Origin: a virus
Lineage: Duplodnaviria > Caudoviricetes
Direction: 5' to 3' (one strand)
DNA length: 64,000 bases
Virus record (IMG/VR): IMGVR_UViG_3300023174_000037
Shown: one piece after another, positions 55,538-62,680 of the stretch
Layout: each line of letters begins with the position of its first letter
Numbering within the stretch: position 1 is the stretch's first letter
Notes under the pieces: generated by a model
What the model saw: only the letters and a program-made list of their open reading frames with translations
Told to the model about the DNA's origin: nothing
The model's database searches: none
Translations under genes and position numbers: made by a program

Positions 55538-57051
55538 TTAAGCACTAATAACCTGGCCTGTTCTAGTTCTGGAATGTAATTGCCTAATTGACTTCCTCTA
55601 GCTTGATCTAATTGATCATTGTATCGAAAAAATTCAATAAGAATGTTAGGGTCATAATCGTAATTTTTAAATCGATCAATAATTTCATTTATAACATAAC
55701 TGGTATTTCTTCCGCCGTTGTAATAAACTTTAGTCTCTCGGCAACGATACATTGATTCTAACACTTGTTCTCGCAATGGATTATGCCAGGGTCCTAGATA
55801 TGATCCTACACCGCCTGCAGGTTGAACTAGACTATTACATTTAGGAAAATCTCTATCATAAAATTCGTAAATTTCATGAACACGGGTAGCATTCCACATA
55901 CTAATTACTGTTTGAAATCCTATAGTATGCCCTTGTTCTAGTATACGGAAGCAATTGTCTCGCATGGTATCAAAGTTGCTGCCCCATCTAACGTAGTCAT
56001 TAATCTTTTTGTAACCATCAAAACTTACGCTAAATGTTACACTGGGAAATTCCTTCAAGAGGTCTAACAAGGTATTACTGATTTTTTGTGCATTGGTTCC
56101 GATGTTTAAGTCAAATTCAGTTTGATTTTGTTTGATACAGCGTCTTAGGAACGCATAAAACTCAGGAAAAATAGTAGGTTCTCCTCCTGCCCAGTATATA
56201 CGTTTTACAGTATCAAAATCAATTTTATCATATGGAAACTCTTGGAAATTCCAATTGTCTGTGACCACTGGAATACCGAGTCGTATATTTTCTTCTTCAA
56301 TCAGATGACTGTGCTTGTCATCGCACATGCGGCACATTATATTACACTTATTACTAGGACGTATTTCATAATTAACAGGATATTTTATATTTTTTAAATC
56401 TTCCTTGTCAGTTAATCTGAGATCTACGGCCCATTCTAAAGATTCAAATTGTCTAGCACTTTCACCGTTGTGTTCTTCTCGTTCATAGCAGATGTTGCAT
56501 TTCTCTGGCATTTGAATTCCAGACAACATGTTATTTCTGATAGGAGCAAAAGCCGAGTCGGTTGACCAATCTTCAATTAGATCAATTTTGGTTACAGGAT
56601 CTGGGCATTTCGGGCACATAACTGCTGATCCGTAATCGTTTATTAAATTTAAAAAAGGCAATGCACACAATGCCTTATTGGTCCTTAGTAAATTATACCA
56701 ATACAAGATATCCTTGTTACTGCTATTGTTTTTGAATACAGTGTTATATCCTTTTTCCTCTAGTTCTATCATGAGTCTAAAGGTGTTTACAAATGATTTC
56801 CAATGTGGATACAAATCTACGCTTAGATCCAACATTACAATTGAATCAAATTTTGGCGCAAGGTTAAGAACAATATCACCGGGTGAAACATCGGCTATGC
56901 TAGTATGGTAATAACCGAATTCATTAATGGAAAAATTATCAGAAGATATCAATCCGTGATTGGTGGTTGCATCCTTGGCAGCAAGTGTGCTGGTCAGTTG
57001 GTCTGTTAGTTCTGTTTCATTACCGATACATAAGATTTTTTTATTAAACAT
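55534..57051 (-). CDS. Radical SAM protein with extra N-terminal domain and auxiliary Fe-S domain
   Basis: About 125-aa N-terminal extension, LCALPF, MCP, CNICY, then CNIMCRMC and AGGEPT. Confidence 0.85.
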   Translation of the reverse strand: MFNKKILCIGNETELTDQLTSTLAAKDATTNHGLISSDNFSINEFGYYHTSIADVSPGDIVLNLAPKFDSIVMLDLSVDLYPHWKSFVNTFRLMIELEEKGYNTVFKNNSSNKDILYWYNLLRTNKALCALPFLNLINDYGSAVMCPKCPDPVTKIDLIEDWSTDSAFAPIRNNMLSGIQMPEKCNICYEREEHNGESARQFESLEWAVDLRLTDKEDLKNIKYPVNYEIRPSNKCNIMCRMCDDKHSHLIEEENIRLGIPVVTDNWNFQEFPYDKIDFDTVKRIYWAGGEPTIFPEFYAFLRRCIKQNQTEFDLNIGTNAQKISNTLLDLLKEFPSVTFSVSFDGYKKINDYVRWGSNFDTMRDNCFRILEQGHTIGFQTVISMWNATRVHEIYEFYDRDFPKCNSLVQPAGGVGSYLGPWHNPLREQVLESMYRCRETKVYYNGGRNTSYVINEIIDRFKNYDYDPNILIEFFRYNDQLDQARGSQLGNYIPELEQARLLVLK

Positions 57052-57056
57052 AGATT

Positions 57057-57062
57057 ATTATA
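57057..57062 (-). promoter_or_regulatory. Possible -10 element (TATAAT) for a leaderless start at 57051
   Basis: TATAAT-AATCT-ATG; no convincing -35. Confidence 0.35.
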
Positions 57063-57063
57063 C

Positions 57064-57393
57064 TTATAGTGGATCACCGTAGCGTATTTTAAACCACGAC
57101 AATTCTTCATCACCTCTTAGGTAGATTTTGTGTAACTTCCAATTAATAGTAAATGCCCAATATGGGTTGATATCGTGTTGATCTTTTTTTATATCTTCGG
57201 TGTATCCATATGTTTCGCTCATCCACTTTCTTACATCGTGAAAGTCCAATACTCGTCCTATATCAATGATATATTTAAAATGGTCATTTGGTATGGTATC
57301 TTCTAAGGTATATCTCATTGCTTTACTTGCCGCGGCCATTTCTGCCATAACCTGGTCGTGGACTTCTTTCCAGTAGTCGTATTGTGTTTTCAC
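57064..57393 (-). CDS. Small protein, C-terminal 'FxIRY' family (109 aa)
   Basis: GTG start with AAGGGG SD; 'KWMSETYG...YLRGDEELSWFKIRYGDPL'. Confidence 0.7.
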   Translation of the reverse strand: MKTQYDYWKEVHDQVMAEMAAASKAMRYTLEDTIPNDHFKYIIDIGRVLDFHDVRKWMSETYGYTEDIKKDQHDINPYWAFTINWKLHKIYLRGDEELSWFKIRYGDPL

Positions 57394-57397
57394 GATT

Positions 57398-57463
57398 GCC
57401 CCTTATAAAAGGCAGGAGGGCAGTGCGAACACAGCCCGTGTTATAAGATAACACCACCCTCCT
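57398..57463 (-). other. Predicted structured RNA element (three-way junction) after the AAA ATPase gene
   Basis: AGGAGGGT/GCCCTCCT closing stem, GTGTTAT-CTT-ATAACAC hairpin, GTG-TTCG-CAC hairpin. Confidence 0.5.
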
Positions 57464-57472
57464 TAGACCATC

Positions 57473-58561
57473 TTACTTGTCGCTGGCTTGCAAAATATAC
57501 TTGCCATAACGCTGATGGAACTCGTCGAAGTTCTTCAGCTTGGTAGGTTGGAACGGTAAGTTGTATGTGGTAAGTGCAATACGGGCACCCATCACAACCA
57601 ACTCAGTTTCAAAGTTCTTCATCATATAAGCAAAGAAGTTATCTGCCATCTCATGGAACTGTTTATCCGACACCTTGCGTTCAATGGCACCTTTGAGCTC
57701 GTAGCACATACTAATCACTAAACTATACATGGCCGATACTTCTTTGACATTCAGTTCTTTTTCCTTGCCAGCTAAGATGTCTTCGGGCTTGGGCATACGA
57801 CCTGCAATCTTACGATGGGCCATAAACTTAACAGCAAGTCCTTCGCCTACAGTACCAGCAATCAGGTTCATAATTGTATCGTCATCGCCTTCTTCGTCTT
57901 CTAGCAATTCTGACACAAAGGTCCAGGTACGTGGTGTAGCAAAGGCACGGCTTGCTGACTTGGCATCAAAGTCATACAAGTCTTGCTTGGCAAAACTCAA
58001 ATAACCAACCACGTCTTTGTGGATGTTCTTGTTTACAGCCCACTCTTGCCAAGGACCGAACTCGACCTTCATCTCTTGGTGGATGAAACGATTTGCCAGT
58101 GGTGTCGGCATACGATATGTAACACCTTTATCGCTTTCACGATTACCTGCGGCAACTAGAACTACATTCTTAGGCATGTGATACTTGCCAATACGACGGT
58201 TAAGAATTAGTTGATAAGCCGCGGCTTGAACACTGGGTGCGGCACTATTAAGTTCATCCAAGAATAGGACTACAATAGGATACTGGCTGGCAAGTTCTTC
58301 GTCAGGCAGTTCAATTGGCGGAGCCCAATCCATCTTGCCAATTTCTTTATTGTAAAAAGGAATGCCACGAATGTCTGTGGGCTCCATCTGACCCAACCGT
58401 AGATCGATCATATAACCGCCCAGTTCTTCGGTAATGTCTGCTACTAGCTCACTTTTACCAATGCCGGGGGGACCCCACAGGAATAGTGGGCGTTGTTTTT
58501 TAAATGCTTTGAGCAAACTCTTGCGAGCTTGAATTGATGTTACTGTTCTTGTTTCTGACAT
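57473..58561 (-). CDS. MoxR-like AAA+ ATPase
   Basis: Walker A 'GPPGIGKS', Walker B 'LFLDE', 'AAGN', 'LANRF', 'TPRTW'; AAGGA SD. Confidence 0.9.
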   Translation of the reverse strand: MSETRTVTSIQARKSLLKAFKKQRPLFLWGPPGIGKSELVADITEELGGYMIDLRLGQMEPTDIRGIPFYNKEIGKMDWAPPIELPDEELASQYPIVVLFLDELNSAAPSVQAAAYQLILNRRIGKYHMPKNVVLVAAGNRESDKGVTYRMPTPLANRFIHQEMKVEFGPWQEWAVNKNIHKDVVGYLSFAKQDLYDFDAKSASRAFATPRTWTFVSELLEDEEGDDDTIMNLIAGTVGEGLAVKFMAHRKIAGRMPKPEDILAGKEKELNVKEVSAMYSLVISMCYELKGAIERKVSDKQFHEMADNFFAYMMKNFETELVVMGARIALTTYNLPFQPTKLKNFDEFHQRYGKYILQASDK

Positions 58562-58603
58562 GGCTGTGTCCTTAGGTTACGGTTAAAAAATTACTATATG
58601 TTT

Positions 58604-58632
58604 ATTGTATATTAAACAGACTTCTGCGTCAA
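58604..58632 (-). promoter_or_regulatory. Sigma70 promoter (TTGACG-17-TACAAT) for the AAA ATPase
   Basis: -35 at 58632-58627, -10 at 58609-58604. Confidence 0.75.
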
Positions 58633-58821
58633 TCGGTCAATGATCTGTTGTTGTAAAATCGCAACATCTTCGCGGTCTACATAGAAATCAGTGCGTGGGT
58701 CATAATACTCACCTGCTTTGGAATCGTAATACAAGACAGCACCACTAGGGTAGTGAAACGGGCCTTCCAGTCCCTTGCGGGGACCGTATTCTTGATTATG
58801 CTTGAAAACGGTATAGGCCAA
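58612..58821 (-). CDS. Hypothetical protein (69 aa)
   Basis: Likely TTG start right after the upstream stop; 'GPRKGLEGPF...LYYD...YYDP.TDFYV'. Confidence 0.65.
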   Translation of the reverse strand: MAYTVFKHNQEYGPRKGLEGPFHYPSGAVLYYDSKAGEYYDPRTDFYVDREDVAILQQQIIDRLTQKSV

Positions 58822-58822
58822 T

Positions 58823-59089
58823 TTAAACTTCCATTTCGTAGAATGTAACAGTAGGATCAATGCTGAGCAATTCTTCGGCACAACGGGTTAAACGGCGCAT
58901 CTTGTCACGTACCATTGCAGGAGGCAATTCACCATCACATGTAAGATTTTCAGGACTCATGTCGCTGTCAATACTGTTGGCAATTGTCTGGCGGTCCTTG
59001 GCGTTGAGCAAGCTCAATTCCTTTCCTTTAAAGATTCGAGTCCACTGATTCTTCTGTGCCACATAGGCTTCTAGTGTGCTGATATTCAT
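58823..59089 (-). CDS. Hypothetical protein (88 aa)
   Basis: AAGGAG SD; own promoter upstream. Confidence 0.75.
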   Translation of the reverse strand: MNISTLEAYVAQKNQWTRIFKGKELSLLNAKDRQTIANSIDSDMSPENLTCDGELPPAMVRDKMRRLTRCAEELLSIDPTVTFYEMEV

Positions 59090-59118
59090 CTGTGCTCCTT
59101 TTTAGTTTCTATACAAGT

Positions 59119-59147
59119 ATTATAGCAAAATGGGCATTTCTGGTCAA
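59119..59147 (-). promoter_or_regulatory. Sigma70 early promoter (TTGACC-17-TATAAT)
   Basis: Near-consensus; near-identical copy at 59384-59412. Confidence 0.85.
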
Positions 59148-59377
59148 CCAAATGCTTTGACTAGACCCGTAAGCCCAATTGCCAGTGCTACAATGTTCAC
59201 TAGCAACTGTGGTTTATTTGCAACACGGATTGACCAGGCCATAAACAGAATTGTGCCTAAAAAGAAGGCAAGGATATTGTAAGGGTAGGCCGCTGGGCCC
59301 ACGGCGTTGAGACTGTGACCTGCTATAATAAACACGGCCCCGGTCCACTGTAGTATTTCATTGATTTCTAACTTCAT
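59144..59377 (-). CDS. Small 3-TM membrane protein (77 aa), predicted leaderless
   Basis: Three hydrophobic segments; ATG 59377 is the 7th base after the -10. Confidence 0.7.
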   Translation of the reverse strand: MKLEINEILQWTGAVFIIAGHSLNAVGPAAYPYNILAFFLGTILFMAWSIRVANKPQLLVNIVALAIGLTGLVKAFG

Positions 59378-59383
59378 ACCCAT

Positions 59384-59412
59384 ATTATAGCAAAATAGGT
59401 ATTTCGGGTCAA
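59384..59412 (-). promoter_or_regulatory. Sigma70 early promoter (TTGACC-17-TATAAT)
   Basis: Near-consensus. Confidence 0.85.
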
Positions 59413-59435
59413 CCGCAAAAAGTAATACTCAAGTA

Positions 59436-60419
59436 TTACAGTTTAACAAAGTGCTTCTCTTCAAGATTTCTGTATAGCGGTTTCATGTGCGAGCTAAAAG
59501 ATAGGGCATCTCTGAATCGTTGATTGGCTGGACTACATGCATCAACCCAGCGACTATCACCGATCTGTAAAATCAGACTGATAATTTCTAACAAGATATT
59601 CTTACTCTGTGTATATTGTGTATTTCTACGATGCCAAAAATTGTCCGACGGTGTGACAGTATGCACTGATGCCAGATTGTCTTGCCACATCATCAACAAT
59701 GCTGAAACAGACAATCCTAATTTCTTATAATCATAATCAACATTGATATTGGTGTGTTTAATATATTCTCCAAGATCTTGATACAACGACATTACAATTC
59801 CGAGATAGTTGGTTACAAAACAATAGTCACTCATATTAGTGATATGGAAAAATTCTGGAGAATTCTCGTGATATTTTCTATAACCTAAGATACTATTAAC
59901 TGGCAACTCATAACGGTCTAGAGTAATTGATCCTGGCCGTGCAATTTGCATACCAATTGGTGTAGTGTAACTCATGTCAATGGCAGGCCCGGCCTCTGCA
60001 AAGTCAATCATTACATAAGCTTCGGTGTCATCTACTGGTACACGAAAAATTCCAAAGTCGGCACGATCCACTAGAGAAATCCATTGCTTGGTTCCTGACA
60101 CTACGTTACCATCCAACCGCATTGAGTCGGCCGCTTTGAAATTGCTAAAACATCCAATTTGATTTTCATATGTAGGATCGTAAAACTCTGGCAACTGATT
60201 TTGAAACTTGGTTTCAATATGTAAACGTGGATAATGGTTGTGTTGAACACAATGAGCAATACTGAGATCATATTTGGCCAAGGTCAACAAATTATGAAAC
60301 CACTGCTCGCGTTTGGTTGTAGTTGATCGAGCAATATTCAAATCAAAGTAAGGCTTTAACTTTTTTAAAGTGTCTCGATTAAAATCAGTTACATCAGTTT
60401 GTATTAACGTTTCTATCAT
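59436..60419 (-). CDS. Divergent acyl-CoA dehydrogenase-like flavoprotein
   Basis: 'LAKYDLSIAHCVQHN' and 'VVSGTKQWISLVDRADF' resemble ACAD N/middle domains (DxS..., GxKxWIS). Confidence 0.55.
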   Translation of the reverse strand: MIETLIQTDVTDFNRDTLKKLKPYFDLNIARSTTTKREQWFHNLLTLAKYDLSIAHCVQHNHYPRLHIETKFQNQLPEFYDPTYENQIGCFSNFKAADSMRLDGNVVSGTKQWISLVDRADFGIFRVPVDDTEAYVMIDFAEAGPAIDMSYTTPIGMQIARPGSITLDRYELPVNSILGYRKYHENSPEFFHITNMSDYCFVTNYLGIVMSLYQDLGEYIKHTNINVDYDYKKLGLSVSALLMMWQDNLASVHTVTPSDNFWHRRNTQYTQSKNILLEIISLILQIGDSRWVDACSPANQRFRDALSFSSHMKPLYRNLEEKHFVKL

Positions 60420-61540
60420 TATGCGCCCAGGTCGTATTCTTTACTGAACATCAGTCGAAGATTTACTAATTGGTTCTTTTCTCTGAGGTATTGATTGTCA
60501 TTCACAAAATCCATAAGTCTAGTTTCGCTTTGTAAGTTAAACAATCCTTTGACATAGTTTAATGCGGTTGTATTGTCGTTCTTTAAGAATCCTTGTAGTG
60601 TTGGATCTGGATTGGCAATTAAATCAGCGTAGGATTTTTCACCACTTACATCTATACTAAAATATTGGTCGCTACGCATTTTTTGTAAATGACTAGCACC
60701 ATCACTTACTTCTGGATGACGTCCACAGGCTGTGGCCCAGCCCCTGTAACCATCAGGAGTACGAAGCCATTTTGCTTCGGCCCAGTCACCATCATACAGT
60801 GGTAAATTATTTGTTGCTATGTGTCGTTTAACTGCGTGTTTAACAAGATGATTTTGTTTGATATTGATCAATGGTTCCAAGAAAAAACGATTCAAGTGAT
60901 CGTAGCTCATGGTCTGACGTAGCGGACTATCAAGGTGTCTGGCATACCAACGCCCTTGTCTGTAGACCAGTCTTGGCTTTTCAAATCCGGCCACTGCCGT
61001 CCATCGTTTACCTGCATGATTGCGTTCAATCAGGTGCTTGACACCTTCTGCGCCAGTGCTCATACCAAACATCAACAAGTCACCTTTGTTTTTCCATACC
61101 CAATCTTCGTCTGGGCAATCAAGACTTCTTAAAGTGGTATCATTTTGATCGTAACGAGTAATGATGGTGGTTGGGTCATAATGGTTGGCCCGGATCCAAT
61201 CCACATGATGATCTGGATACTGTGCCAAGTGTGCTGATGCTTTAATTAATATTTCGTCAATGCGTATATTGGCACGTTTAAAAATATTATAGATAGTATG
61301 ACTGTCTGTGCCACCCGACCACAACAGTATTACACGTTCGTATTGTGATCTTAAACTCAGTGCATGAGCAGTCATTAATTCATCCAATGACTGCTCGGGC
61401 TCTACAGTCCAATCAAATTGATCATACAAGCTGTCTCTACAGTAAAACTCCACTGGATTGCCTGATGTCATTGCTTCCATCAAGGCAGGGTAGATATTGT
61501 ATATAAACTTGTGACCAACTCGATAGGCTATAGTATCCAT
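60419..61540 (-). CDS. PP-loop (N-type) ATP pyrophosphatase, asparagine-synthetase/QueC-like superfamily
   Basis: 'VILLWSGGTDSHT' SGGxDS motif. Confidence 0.65.
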   Translation of the reverse strand: MDTIAYRVGHKFIYNIYPALMEAMTSGNPVEFYCRDSLYDQFDWTVEPEQSLDELMTAHALSLRSQYERVILLWSGGTDSHTIYNIFKRANIRIDEILIKASAHLAQYPDHHVDWIRANHYDPTTIITRYDQNDTTLRSLDCPDEDWVWKNKGDLLMFGMSTGAEGVKHLIERNHAGKRWTAVAGFEKPRLVYRQGRWYARHLDSPLRQTMSYDHLNRFFLEPLINIKQNHLVKHAVKRHIATNNLPLYDGDWAEAKWLRTPDGYRGWATACGRHPEVSDGASHLQKMRSDQYFSIDVSGEKSYADLIANPDPTLQGFLKNDNTTALNYVKGLFNLQSETRLMDFVNDNQYLREKNQLVNLRLMFSKEYDLGA

Positions 61541-61543
61541 GTA

Positions 61544-62521
61544 TTACTCGATGCTTTTTGCTACATTTCGCATGATGTTCAAAGTGTTGACTTGAACTTG
61601 GCGTTGATCTTCAGGAGTGCCCCCAAAGTTAGCAATGTGCAACATTTCAATATCCTTAACATATTTTGGATTTTTCAATGCAGTGTTGACCACAGTGTTG
61701 ATTTGTGCAATGACTTCACGCGGTGTGCCGGCTGGAGCATACAGTCCATACCAAATTGGCACGTCAACTGCTGGAACACGATTAGCAATGCTGACAAGTC
61801 GTGCATCTGGCACATCTTTCTTGACAATAGCAACACCACGTCGATCCAGCGCGGCAATAATTTTAACTTTGCCTGCTTTGAAATGCGGATTCATTGCGGT
61901 GTAGGTATCAAACACAAATGGAACATGTCCACCTAATATGTCGGCCACTTGCGGTGCTGAACCTTTGTAGAAAACAATATTGGGTCGTGGCAGTCCTTCT
62001 CGCTTGGCCCACTCGTAAAAAATGTTACCGGTGTAGGTATTCCAAAATCCCAAATTGAATTTTTCTGGATTTTTCTTCACATACTCCTTGAATTCGTCAT
62101 ATGTGTTTACAGGAACATTGTTGGCCACAGCCAAAACCGCTGTGCCAGCACCCAATGAGATAATTGGATCAAAACTGTTTTCGGTATATTCAATACCGGG
62201 TGCCCGTTGTCGAAAGGCAATGTTGGCATCAATAAATCCATTTCCGCCAACGTAGATAGTGTGACCATCTGGTCGAGCTGCCGCAACATAATTGCTACCA
62301 ATCACAGTGTCGGCACCAGGTTTGTTTATCACAACACTCTTCCAACCTTGAGCCTGGAAGATTTCATCCAACACACGACCCCATTTGTCTGTGGCACCAC
62401 CAGGTGGGTACGGCACTACAATTTCAACAGTTTTGGTTGTGGGTGTAAATCCTTGCGCTGACACAATTGAGGCCAAGGCAACTAGCATGCCAAAGATGGC
62501 AACTTTTAATAATCGAAACAT
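61544..62521 (-). CDS. Bug/TctC tripartite tricarboxylate transporter substrate-binding protein
   Basis: AGGAG SD; signal peptide MFRLLKVAIFGMLVALASIVSA; 'VPYPPGGATD', 'NKPGA', 'PDGHT', 'YKGSAP', 'WYGLYAPAGTP'. Confidence 0.9.
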   Translation of the reverse strand: MFRLLKVAIFGMLVALASIVSAQGFTPTTKTVEIVVPYPPGGATDKWGRVLDEIFQAQGWKSVVINKPGADTVIGSNYVAAARPDGHTIYVGGNGFIDANIAFRQRAPGIEYTENSFDPIISLGAGTAVLAVANNVPVNTYDEFKEYVKKNPEKFNLGFWNTYTGNIFYEWAKREGLPRPNIVFYKGSAPQVADILGGHVPFVFDTYTAMNPHFKAGKVKIIAALDRRGVAIVKKDVPDARLVSIANRVPAVDVPIWYGLYAPAGTPREVIAQINTVVNTALKNPKYVKDIEMLHIANFGGTPEDQRQVQVNTLNIMRNVAKSIE

Positions 62522-62597
62522 TTGTTTTTCTCCTAAATTTGAAAGTTTCTTTAAGAGCTTGCAGAAGAACTCTGCTACGGCTCGGCGTTCTGCATTA

Positions 62598-62626
62598 ATA
62601 ATACAGTAAAGACATTGCAATGTCAA
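62598..62626 (-). promoter_or_regulatory. Sigma70 promoter (TTGACA-17-TATTAT) for the Bug gene
   Basis: Perfect -35, near-consensus -10, 17-bp spacer. Confidence 0.7.
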
Positions 62627-62672
62627 GCGTCGATTTGAATGCCGACGTCGGAGGAATCCGGCGTTGCAAGAA

Positions 62673-62680
62673 TATTTATA
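62673..62680 (-). promoter_or_regulatory. Perfect T4-type late promoter TATAAATA
   Basis: Exact consensus immediately after the halogenase-like stop. Confidence 0.6.

Noticed and set aside
57398-57463. Hammerhead ribozyme
   Set aside because: Three-stem shape, but the CUGANGA and GAAA core sequences are absent.
61544-62626. 360-aa long form of the Bug ORF
   Set aside because: The upstream start lies on the -35 box; ATG 62521 has an AGGAG SD and yields a proper signal peptide.
62630-62672. SAM/SAH or SAM-II riboswitch
   Set aside because: Only superficial similarity (CAACG...TTCCT); the consensus as I recall it does not match and the downstream gene is not SAM-related. An Rfam search would settle it.
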